Part shown: piece after piece, positions 56,173 to 64,000 of the stretch
Layout of the letters: every line of letters starts with the position of its first letter
Position numbering within the stretch: position 1 is the stretch's first letter
NCBI GenBank assembly: GCA_963704825.1
Contig: CAVPHV010000017.1
Location: 102,325-166,324 of the forward strand
Source: an uncultured Acidimicrobiia bacterium
GTDB lineage: Bacteria > Actinomycetota > Acidimicrobiia > Spongiisociales > UBA5794
Direction: 5' to 3'
DNA length: 64,000 bases
Translations under genes and position numbers: made by a program
The notes under the pieces: generated by a model
The model's database searches: none
What the model saw: only the letters and a program-made list of their open reading frames with translations
Told to the model about the DNA's origin: nothing

Positions 56173-59016
56173 ATGACCTGGCACGGAGAACGATGGGAGG
56201 ACCGTCGCTTCCGGGCCTGGCTGATTCGTGCCGTCGTCTTCATTGTGCCCGTTGTGGCTGCGATCGTGGTGGCGACGGTCGTGGCCAACTCACTGCCCGA
56301 CCCCGAAGGACTCCCGGGCAGCTTGGCGTGGTGGGCGCTCGTACTCGGATCGTCGTTCGGAACCATGTGGCTGGTCGACCGCATCGCCCGGCAGCTTCTG
56401 CCGCTGGCAGCGCTCCTGCGGATGTCGCTGGTGTTCCCGGACAAGGCACCATCTCGGTTCAGCGTTGCGCTGCGGTCGCATTCGTCGCGTCGCATGCAAG
56501 CCGAGGTCGAGCAGGCGCGTGCTGCCGGGGTCGATGACGATCCCACCAGGGCCGCGGAGTTTGTCTTGGCGATGGTGGCCTCGCTGGGTGACCACGATCG
56601 TCTCACCCGCGGTCACGCCGAGCGGACCCGGGCCTATACCGATCTGCTCGCCGAGGAATTGGGCATTCCGGCGGACGACCGTGACCGCTTGCGATGGGTG
56701 GCCCTTTTGCACGATGTCGGCAAGCTGGGGGTTCCGGCCGAGGTTCTCAGCTCCGACCACAAGCTCACCGACGATGACTGGGCCCATGTCAGGAATCACC
56801 CCGCCGATGGGTTCGAGCTGACCCGCCCGATTCATGAGTTCCTGGGACCATGGGCCGTCACCATCCTCCACCATCACGAGCGGTACGACGGTTCAGGCTA
56901 TCCGGCGGGGATCGCAGGAGAAGATATCGCCTATGGTGCCAGGGTCGTCGCGGTCGGGGATGCCTACGACGCGATGACCGCGTTTCGCACCTATCAGCCG
57001 GCGCTGTCGACGGCTGCGGCCCGAAAGGAACTCGCTGCCGGCGCCGGATCCCAGTTCGACCCCCACGTGGTGCGGGCATTCCTCAGCCTCTCGATGGGAA
57101 GCCTGCGCCGGGTGGCCGGTCCGCTTGCCTTCCTCGGACAGTTGCCCTTCATTGGGGGCCTGCGGCGGCTCGGTGACACCGCGACTGCCGCTATTGCAAC
57201 CACGGCCGCATTGGGCGTAGCTCTCGTCGGCGGACTGATTCCCGGGCCAAACGGTGGAGTGAGCGTCGGCGACATCGTTCCTTCCTACGCCGGCCAGGAC
57301 GTATCCGAGTACCAGGTGAGCTGGGACGGCGACGGGACGTTCGACCCGAACAACATCGACCCCGACACGGTGTTGATCGTACAGAGCCCGACCGAAGGCG
57401 TCGTGGCGCCCAACGCCGATGGTGTCCTCGTCTACTTGCCGGGCCCGGGGCCGGTCACCGGTGACCGCTACGTGGTCAGGTTGTGCGACATGGATGGCGA
57501 CTGTGTGTCGCTTCCGGTTGTCGTACTCCCCGAAGATGACGTTGTGACCGCTCCTCCTGAGGGCGGCGCGACGCCGACCAACCCTCCGCCACCTGCAACG
57601 ACCACCACGTCGTCGACGACCACGACCTTGGCGACGACGACCACGGGATTCCCGACACCGAGCACGCTGCCTCCGCAGACGACGACCACCGCCCCGCCGA
57701 CCACAACCACGACGACGACCAAGCTTCCGCCGACCACCACGACCACCACGACAACGACGGTTCCGCCGACCACCACGACCACCACGACAACGACGGTTCC
57801 GCCCCACCACACGACCACGACCACCACGACAACGACAACCACCACAACAACGACGACGACGACGACGCTGCCACCGGCACCGCCCGATGCGGTGCCGGAT
57901 TCCGCCGCTACCGACGAGGACGTCCCGGTCGTGATCCCGGTGCTGGCGAACGATTCAGACCCCGACGGCGACCTCGATCCGGCCACTCTGGCCGTGACCT
58001 CGGCCGCGGCGCAGGGGACCGCCACCGTCGTCGGTTCGGAGATCGAATACGTCCCGGCTGCCGATATCTCGGGTGCAGATTCGTTCGACTACGAGATCTG
58101 TGACATGGGAGGCAGGTGCTCGACGGCTGCGGTCACGGTGACGATCGCCCCGGTGAACGACCCGCCTGTTGCTGTGGACGACACTGCGTCCGGGCAGCCG
58201 CGGACGGTCATCGTGATCGACGTGCTCAGCAACGACAGTGACATCGACGGCGGCCCGCTCACCATTTCTGGATCCGATCCCATATCGGCCTTGGGTGGCT
58301 CCGTTACCTGCGGCGCGCAATGCACTTACATCCCACCCGACCCGTGGACCGGACCCGACACTTTCAGCTACGTCGTGAGCGACGGCGCCGGGGGCGTCGA
58401 TGCGGCGACGGTGACGGTGACCCCTACGACGCCCGACACTGAGCTCTTTCTCCGCGCCGCCGGCGCCGGCAACCAAACCTCCACTCCGGTGCTGCCGCTC
58501 TCGACCGGGGCCGGCCCCACCAACGCGTCTCTGCCCAACTACGACACCAATCGTGATGCCGGACCGGGGCTGTTCTTGGAGCAGGTCAACGGCGGGATCG
58601 GGGTCCAAATCGCCGAGACCAACCCGGCTCGGTACCAGCTCTGGTCGTATCCGCTGGCGAGCGACCTCGTGCTCAATGGCGACGCCTCCATGGATCTCTG
58701 GGCAGGAATGGCCGCGCTCCAGTCGGGGGTGCACGGCCGGCTGCGTGTGTTCGTGCTCGACTGCCCGGCGGGTTCGATCGACGGCACAGACTGTATTCAG
58801 ATCGTGCGTGAGTATGACGACCGTGACCCGTGGACAACGGTGGATCTGCAATGGGAACGGGCCGTGTGGGATTTCGGCACACTCGCCTACACGATTCCGG
58901 CGGGCCGCTCCCTCACCTTGAAGGTGGTCGTGGCCGGCCCCAATGCCGACGACGACATGCGGGTTGGCTTTGATGCCGCCGGCTTCGAGAGCAGCTTCGT
59001 GCTCCGGGCGGGGTAG
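56173..59016 (+). CDS. Membrane HD-GYP domain protein fused to an extracellular Thr/Pro-rich linker, two cadherin-like/VCBS-type repeats and a C-terminal beta-rich domain
   Basis: Two N-terminal TM helices, then HD-GYP signatures HDVGK and HHERYDGSGYP (aa ~90-330) and a third hydrophobic segment. A long poly-Thr stretch follows. Repeats carry the motifs VPVVIPVLANDSDPDGDL and TVIVIDVLSNDSDIDGGPL. C-terminal ~180 aa domain. Confidence 0.7.
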   Translation: MTWHGERWEDRRFRAWLIRAVVFIVPVVAAIVVATVVANSLPDPEGLPGSLAWWALVLGSSFGTMWLVDRIARQLLPLAALLRMSLVFPDKAPSRFSVALRSHSSRRMQAEVEQARAAGVDDDPTRAAEFVLAMVASLGDHDRLTRGHAERTRAYTDLLAEELGIPADDRDRLRWVALLHDVGKLGVPAEVLSSDHKLTDDDWAHVRNHPADGFELTRPIHEFLGPWAVTILHHHERYDGSGYPAGIAGEDIAYGARVVAVGDAYDAMTAFRTYQPALSTAAARKELAAGAGSQFDPHVVRAFLSLSMGSLRRVAGPLAFLGQLPFIGGLRRLGDTATAAIATTAALGVALVGGLIPGPNGGVSVGDIVPSYAGQDVSEYQVSWDGDGTFDPNNIDPDTVLIVQSPTEGVVAPNADGVLVYLPGPGPVTGDRYVVRLCDMDGDCVSLPVVVLPEDDVVTAPPEGGATPTNPPPPATTTTSSTTTTLATTTTGFPTPSTLPPQTTTTAPPTTTTTTTKLPPTTTTTTTTTVPPTTTTTTTTTVPPHHTTTTTTTTTTTTTTTTTTTLPPAPPDAVPDSAATDEDVPVVIPVLANDSDPDGDLDPATLAVTSAAAQGTATVVGSEIEYVPAADISGADSFDYEICDMGGRCSTAAVTVTIAPVNDPPVAVDDTASGQPRTVIVIDVLSNDSDIDGGPLTISGSDPISALGGSVTCGAQCTYIPPDPWTGPDTFSYVVSDGAGGVDAATVTVTPTTPDTELFLRAAGAGNQTSTPVLPLSTGAGPTNASLPNYDTNRDAGPGLFLEQVNGGIGVQIAETNPARYQLWSYPLASDLVLNGDASMDLWAGMAALQSGVHGRLRVFVLDCPAGSIDGTDCIQIVREYDDRDPWTTVDLQWERAVWDFGTLAYTIPAGRSLTLKVVVAGPNADDDMRVGFDAAGFESSFVLRAG
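57726..57810 (+). repeat. Perfect 36-nt tandem repeat (2.3 copies) inside the poly-Thr linker of the HD-GYP gene
   Basis: TCCGCCGACCACCACGACCACCACGACAACGACGGT occurs twice in tandem (57726-57761 and 57762-57797), followed by a partial third copy. Encodes PPTTTTTTTTTV. Confidence 0.7.
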
Positions 59017-59526
59017 TCACCGCAGCGGGCGTTCCAGTTCCCAGACCGCTACGGCGAGCCCATCGACATCCTGGGTGCCCTGCTCGGTGCGGGTGAACTC
59101 GTGCAATTCGTAGAAGTCGAGGGCGCGTTCGTTGTCGGCTTCCGTTTTGACGATCATCTTTTGGTAGCCGGCGTCGTGACAGGAGGCCACCGTCGCCGCC
59201 ACGAGGGCGGTTCCGATGCCGTGCCCCAGCAGCGACTGCAACACCATGATCCCGGCCAACTCCACGGTGGCTTCGTCGATCCGGGTTGTGGCGGAGAACC
59301 CGACGACGCGCCCGCCCGACCGTGCCAGGAACATGCGCCGATCGGGTCCACCGAGACGCTCCACGATCGCCGCCTGGGTGGTGAGTTCGCGGATGACCTC
59401 ATCGGTGGCGCCGGCAAATCCGGGGGCGTCGGGGCCGGCCTGTTGCCACGCCTCCCAGAAGAACGCGGCGAAGGCGCCGGCGTCGTCGGCGGTGGCCTCG
59501 GCGACGGTGATCGGGCTGGCGTCCAT
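59017..59526 (-). CDS. GNAT family N-acetyltransferase
   Basis: Start at internal ATG (MDASPITVAE). Motif IMVLQSLLGHGIGTALVAATV. Confidence 0.7.
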   Translation of the reverse strand: MDASPITVAEATADDAGAFAAFFWEAWQQAGPDAPGFAGATDEVIRELTTQAAIVERLGGPDRRMFLARSGGRVVGFSATTRIDEATVELAGIMVLQSLLGHGIGTALVAATVASCHDAGYQKMIVKTEADNERALDFYELHEFTRTEQGTQDVDGLAVAVWELERPLR

Positions 59527-61070
59527 CACACGACGCGCCAGATGGACCCGGAGCGCGGTCCGATCGAGAGGCGGGCGTTGTTGTCCCCGGGTTCGACCAT
59601 GTCTTGACCCCACAGCACTTCCAGCCGGTCGCCGGCGAAATCGCTCAGCGGCAACACCAAGGTTTCGCGCTCCTCCCCGGCGTTGATGGCGACGATGATC
59701 TCCTCGCCGGGGGCGGTCCGTTCGATGACGGTGAGCATCGTGCCGTGCTGTCCGGGCGGCGGCCAGACGCGGCGGTAGTTGGCGGAGCGCAACGCCGGAT
59801 GGGCCTTGCGCAGCGCGATGAGTTGTCGGAAGGTTTCCAGCAGGTCGGTATTCCACTGCGCCTCGTCCCACGGGAAGCCCCCGCGGGAGCCGGGTTCCTT
59901 GGCACCATCCATTCCGACCTCGGTGCCGTAGTAGATGCTCGGTGCCCCGGGAAAGGTGAACAGCAGCAGGGCCGCCAGCTCGACGGTGGTGACGTCACCG
60001 CTGGCAATGGTACGGATCCGGGCGGTGTCGTGGGAGTCGAGCAAGTTGAGGTTGGCGAGGTGGGCGTGCTCGGGATATGAGGCGAGCAGTCGATCGATAC
60101 GATCGTTGTACCCGGCGGCATCGATCGGCGGCAGGATGTCGTACCACGGATTGTCGAGGGTCTGTTCGGGATCGACTCGCGAGCCGGCAGCGAAGGCGAT
60201 GATGGCGGTGGTGAGCAGGTAGTTCATCGTCCCGTCAAAGCGGGTGCCCGACGCGATGTAGTCGGAGGCGTTCGACCAGATCTCGCCGACGATATATGCG
60301 TCGGGATTGATGGCGCGAACCCGTTGGCGGAACTCCTCCCAGAAGCCGGGGGTTTGGATCTCCTCGGGCACATCGAGCCGCCAGCCGTCGATGCCGAGCC
60401 GCATCCAATGTTCGCCGACCTGCATCAGGTACTCCCGAACCTCAGGGTTGTCCGTGTTGAACTTGGGGAGTGCCTTGATGCCCCACCACGCGCCGTAGTT
60501 GGCCGGTTGATCGCCGTAGGGGTGCAGCGGCCAGTCGTAGATGTGGAACCAGTCGGCCCACGGTGAGCCCGCCCCGTTCTCCAACACGTCGTGGAACTGG
60601 AAGAAGCCACGGCTGGAGTGATTGAGTACGGCATCGAGCACGACCCGGATACCACGTTGGTGACACGCTTCGAGGAACTCGCGGAATGCTTCGTTGCCAC
60701 CGAGGAGTGGATCGACTTGGAAGTAGTCGTGGGTGTGATAGCGATGGTTGGAGCCGCTTTGGAAGATCGGGTTGAGGTAGATGGCGGTGATCCCGAGGTG
60801 GCTCAGGTGATCGAGCCGTTCGGTGATCCCGAGCAGATCACCCCCCTTGTACCCGTGGTGCGTCGGCGGTGACTCCCAATGCTCGAGCCCGTTTGGCTTG
60901 TCCAACCGAGACGAGCGGGCAAATCGATCCGGGAAGATCTGATAGAAGACTGCGGCGTTGGTGACCCACTCGGGCGGCCGGTGGAAGCGTTCTGGTTCCT
61001 GGGGGTGGGGTCGTTCGCAGTCGGCGCACCAGTGCCAACCCTCGCGGCTCCGCAGGTCTGGAGGTTCCAT
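59526..61070 (-). CDS. GH13 alpha-amylase family enzyme (alpha-glucosidase/cyclomaltodextrinase-like)
   Basis: AVFYQIFPDRFA, GITAIYLNPIF, VVLDAVLNHSS, GWRLDVPEE, GEIWS and LDSHDTAR conserved regions I-IV. Confidence 0.85.
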   Translation of the reverse strand: MEPPDLRSREGWHWCADCERPHPQEPERFHRPPEWVTNAAVFYQIFPDRFARSSRLDKPNGLEHWESPPTHHGYKGGDLLGITERLDHLSHLGITAIYLNPIFQSGSNHRYHTHDYFQVDPLLGGNEAFREFLEACHQRGIRVVLDAVLNHSSRGFFQFHDVLENGAGSPWADWFHIYDWPLHPYGDQPANYGAWWGIKALPKFNTDNPEVREYLMQVGEHWMRLGIDGWRLDVPEEIQTPGFWEEFRQRVRAINPDAYIVGEIWSNASDYIASGTRFDGTMNYLLTTAIIAFAAGSRVDPEQTLDNPWYDILPPIDAAGYNDRIDRLLASYPEHAHLANLNLLDSHDTARIRTIASGDVTTVELAALLLFTFPGAPSIYYGTEVGMDGAKEPGSRGGFPWDEAQWNTDLLETFRQLIALRKAHPALRSANYRRVWPPPGQHGTMLTVIERTAPGEEIIVAINAGEERETLVLPLSDFAGDRLEVLWGQDMVEPGDNNARLSIGPRSGSIWRVV

Positions 61071-61509
61071 GTCGCCGGGTCCCCTGTCTCGATTTCAATG
61101 ACTGCATCGGTCTTCTCGGCGAGCCACCGTAGCCAATCGACGGCCCATTGATCGAAGTCCGCCAACCGATCGCCCCACAGCGATGCCTCGGGCGACCCTC
61201 ATGACTCTCCTCGCAAGGTCGAGGAGGACCGTCTCCAGCGTTTCTGGGTCGGCTCGTTCGAGGAGGGGAGTCGGACTTCCCGCTTGGGGAGGCATACGGG
61301 TATCGAGTCGAATCGCTTCGGAATCTGACATTGTCCGGGTCGCCGCCGCTCGCAAACTGGTCACCTCAGTGTTCTACGGGATGTGTGACGGTGAGATCCG
61401 CTGCCTGAAGGAGGCGGGCCCGGGCGAGTGTCGAGACTTGGTGTTTGGAAAGGGTCTTGTGATTCTTGTCGTAAGAATCGGTGGCTGAGACCTTCTAGGG
61501 GGTGAGGTC

Positions 61510-61986
61510 GTGGAGGTGATGTTGGTTTCTTCGAAGTCCGTGGCAGTGGAGAGCTTCGAAGGGTTTTTCGCGGAGATAGAGCCGATGCTGCGGCACGCGT
61601 TGGTGGCGAGCTTGGGGTTCGAGACGGGGCGTGAAGCGGCAGCGGATGCGTTGGTGTATGCATGGGTTCATTGGGATCGTGTCGGTTCGATGGAGTATCC
61701 GGTGGCGTATCTGTATCGGGTTGGTCGCAGTGCCGCCAGGAAGTACCGGTGGAGACCGGCGGTCGTGGAACCGCCGGGGCCGGTGTCGTTGCCTTGGGTT
61801 GAGCCTGCGCTCGAACCGGCGTTGCGTCGCTTGTCGGACCGGCAGCGTCTTGCCGTGGTCCTCCGGTACAGCTTTGGGTACACATACGACGAGATCGCAC
61901 ACGTGATGGGAGTGTCGATCTCCACGGTCCAGAAGCACGCCGAACGCGCTCTGGTGAAACTGCGACGGCGATTGGAGGTGCCCTGA
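61510..61986 (+). CDS. ECF-type RNA polymerase sigma factor (sigma-70 regions 2 and 4)
   Basis: 158 aa. Region 4 HTH (LSDRQRLAVVLRYSFGYTYDEIAHVMGVSISTVQKHAERALVKLRR). Confidence 0.75.
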   Translation: MEVMLVSSKSVAVESFEGFFAEIEPMLRHALVASLGFETGREAAADALVYAWVHWDRVGSMEYPVAYLYRVGRSAARKYRWRPAVVEPPGPVSLPWVEPALEPALRRLSDRQRLAVVLRYSFGYTYDEIAHVMGVSISTVQKHAERALVKLRRRLEVP

Positions 61987-63455
61987 TGGTCCGTGACCTG
62001 ATCCAAGAGTTGGAAGGGTACGGTCACGCTGCCGAGGCGTTGGTTCCCCCGGTAGCGCTCGATGAGCTGTCGGACCGTGCGGGCGGTGCGGTGACTGGCG
62101 AGCGGACCGGGCCGACGAGAGCGACACGCGGTCCATGGTCGGGGTGGATTGTTGCGGCGGCAACGTCGGTCGTGGTGGTTGTGCTGGTTGGCGGTGTGGC
62201 ATGGTTGTGGCGTGGCGTGGGTGGTGAGGTGGCCGAGTCACCTGCTCCTCCGACGACGGCAATCGCGGTCGAGACGACCACGACCGAAACCGAGCCTGGC
62301 GAGGCTGTGACGTCGTCGGTCGATCCTTGGGGTCTTGCGGAGTTTGAGATGCCCTCGACGCAGGCCCAGGTGACGGCGGTGCTCTTGGGCATGCCGGATG
62401 AGATCGCTGGCATGGTGCGTCGGGGCGATGAGGGTGGCGACCACGTGGCGACTATCGAGTATCGCGGTGCGGGCGACGAGGCGACCTCCTTGTTCGCGCA
62501 GCCGGGGGATTCCCGTGATCGAACCCTCCCCGTTGAGTGGCTGACGATGATGGCTGAGGGCGAGGAATTGGCTATCACGTCGAGTGTCCTAGATCCGGCC
62601 AGCGACCTCGTATGGATATCGGGGTCGGTGATTCCACAAGAGGGCACCTTGTATTTCGCGGCATGGGCGAACCCCGAATCGGACTGGGTCTTCTACGTAG
62701 AAGCCGACTCGCCGCCAAGCCGCGACGCCACGGTCACTGCGTTTTCGGAGGCGAACCGAAATCGCTTGTCCGCATCCGGGGACCGGGAGGCGAAAGCCGT
62801 CACCCCAACACCTACGACAGTGCCACCCGGCTCGCTGTCGGACGAACTCATCGTGGTCGCGGACCTCCCGCCGATGGGGTCGTGGGAGATCGCTCCGATC
62901 GACCTCGAGTTCGGGGATCCGAACTCGGCCAATGCCAATGCGGTTTCGGTTCATTTCTGTGCGGACCCGACGATGCCGGAGGCGCCACGTCCTTGGAACC
63001 TCGTGGCAACGCCGCCGATGAGTGAGTTGGGTAGCGGACCGGTCGCCGTGGTATTCGAAACAGATCGTGTTGGGATCCAAGAGGTGATCTATGCCGATAC
63101 CGCACTTGCGGTCACTGCCGCGTTCGACAGCATCGTGTCTTCTTTGGAGAGATGCCTCGACCAATTCGACCCGACCTTCTCCTTCACCGACGATGCAGCA
63201 CATGAAGGGTGGCATTGGGAGGCGGACCGGCTCGACATGCTGCTTTTGGGAGACAACGTGTATGCCATTCAATTCAGCGCAGTGGATCCGGACGGCGTGG
63301 AGGGCAGCTATCAGATGGATCACAGCTTGGCGGTCGTTCGCAGTGGCGACCGTCTCGTGGTCATCGAGATGAACGAGGGCTACGCCAACGAGACGCTACG
63401 AGGCTCCGAGTTCTCCGACCTTGTCAACGCAGCGATTCAACGACTCGCAACCTGA
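61986..63455 (+). CDS. Membrane-anchored anti-sigma factor with large extracytoplasmic domain (cognate of the upstream ECF sigma)
   Basis: Start overlaps the sigma gene stop (TGATG). Short cytoplasmic N-terminus, one TM (WIVAAATSVVVVVLVGGVAWLW), Thr-rich linker and a ~380-aa extracellular domain. Confidence 0.6.
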   Translation: MVRDLIQELEGYGHAAEALVPPVALDELSDRAGGAVTGERTGPTRATRGPWSGWIVAAATSVVVVVLVGGVAWLWRGVGGEVAESPAPPTTAIAVETTTTETEPGEAVTSSVDPWGLAEFEMPSTQAQVTAVLLGMPDEIAGMVRRGDEGGDHVATIEYRGAGDEATSLFAQPGDSRDRTLPVEWLTMMAEGEELAITSSVLDPASDLVWISGSVIPQEGTLYFAAWANPESDWVFYVEADSPPSRDATVTAFSEANRNRLSASGDREAKAVTPTPTTVPPGSLSDELIVVADLPPMGSWEIAPIDLEFGDPNSANANAVSVHFCADPTMPEAPRPWNLVATPPMSELGSGPVAVVFETDRVGIQEVIYADTALAVTAAFDSIVSSLERCLDQFDPTFSFTDDAAHEGWHWEADRLDMLLLGDNVYAIQFSAVDPDGVEGSYQMDHSLAVVRSGDRLVVIEMNEGYANETLRGSEFSDLVNAAIQRLAT

Positions 63456-63479
63456 TCCGCACCGACCACACCGCCAACT

Positions 63480-63700
63480 GACCTCATCCGGCAAACCAAG
63501 CCGCCCATGCCAGGCAATATGGCGCACGCGAGTCGTGGATCGCTCCTCGGTCGCTGCGGGAGCAGGTGCGGTACCGCCACAAGTTGTCCCAGCTCCGTAC
63601 CGGGTTGAAGTCTCAGGTGCATTCGGTGTTGGGCAAACAGGGGGTGGTGCCGTCGTTGACGACGATGTGGGGTTTCTGGCGGGAACCGGTTCTTATGAGA
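63480..63700 (+). mobile_element. Possible transposase gene remnant (IS110-like central segment), degraded
   Basis: Frame encoding ...GSLLGSLREQVRYRHKLSQLRTGLKSQVHSVLGKQGVVPSLTTMWGF resembles the Arg/Leu-rich middle region of IS110-family transposases. No intact ORF; located after the sigma/anti-sigma pair at the window edge. Confidence 0.25.
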
Positions 63701-64000
63701 CACCGCTTGAGAAACCCCCTTGACATCCAAACAGGCATCGATGTGCGCGTGGGGCGGTCAGACGCTGAAGACGGGGACGGGTTGGGGGATTCCTTTGAGT
63801 GTCACTGGATCGGGCAGGGGGGTGGCTCGGATACCGGCTGCGGCGATCGTGCGCTGGCTTGCCAGGATCGTTCCAGGTTCGGCCCGGTCGCACAGTCGTG
63901 AGGCGAGGTTGACTGTGGTCCCTATGGGTGTGTAGTCGTAGCGACCTTCATATCCGATCCTTCCAAGAGTGGCATATCCAGTCGCGATACCAATCCCAAG

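Noticed and set aside
57468-58025. Poly-Val/Gly minus-strand ORFs over the HD-GYP poly-Thr region, and a possible CRISPR-like repeat array
   Set aside because: The repeats are a coding 36-nt tandem duplication (ACC/ACG codons) without spacer structure. The antisense poly-Val ORFs are mirror images of the Thr codons.
1-64000. tRNA, rRNA or CRISPR loci
   Set aside because: No cloverleaf-like GC-balanced ~75-nt segments, rRNA-like conserved stretches, or regularly spaced direct repeats with unique spacers were seen in the intergenic regions examined.

Overview
This is a high-GC (~68%) window from an actinobacterial-type genome, possibly Acidimicrobiia-like, with Thr-rich linkers in many secreted proteins. 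The window is gene dense, with about 55 supportable genes.

Features from left to right:
- A partial polytopic membrane protein, then dispersed NHEJ parts (a stand-alone ATP-dependent DNA ligase and a stand-alone LigD-type polymerase domain) flanking an AI-2E transporter.
- A cupin, a GNAT acetyltransferase and hsp20 with a HAIR/HspR-like operator.
- A secreted beta-propeller/Ig-like protein and surE.
- At about 11.0-19.8 kb, a compact ESX/type VII secretion-like locus. It contains two WXG100 genes, an EccC-type triple P-loop FtsK/SpoIIIE ATPase and a translationally coupled DUF1023-type alpha/beta hydrolase. It is divergent from a three-gene operon of LysM, single-pass membrane and cytoplasmic proteins, with an AT-rich intergenic promoter island between them. 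No EccB, EccD, EccE or mycosin is visible in the window.
- proC and proline dehydrogenase, an 8-repeat secreted propeller protein and a TPM-membrane protein + PspA operon.
- A PQQ-repeat lipoprotein, pyruvate:ferredoxin oxidoreductase with a DHOD-like partner, a frameshifted DUF2252 gene and an orphan anSME-like radical SAM enzyme.
- A decayed zone with a Na+/H+ antiporter remnant and a partially duplicated small membrane protein gene, then an Arg/Glu-rich repeat protein, a GNAT and an AlkZ/YcaQ-like protein.
- A membrane Fe-S reductase (frameshifted) and a FetB-like permease.
- A malEFG-like sugar ABC operon (malE frameshifted) with a divergent LacI regulator, then MscS and MarR.
- An alpha-glucan cluster (two GH13 enzymes, a GH57 branching enzyme and GlgA).
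- A membrane HD-GYP protein fused to extracellular Thr-rich and cadherin-like domains.
- A GNAT, an ECF sigma/anti-sigma pair and a possible IS remnant at the right edge.

Other points:
- A ~55-nt palindromic element is present in three copies at gene 3' ends.
- Three genes carry single-base frameshifts inside G runs, a pattern more typical of assembly indels than true pseudogenes.
- No rRNA, tRNA or CRISPR array was recognised.
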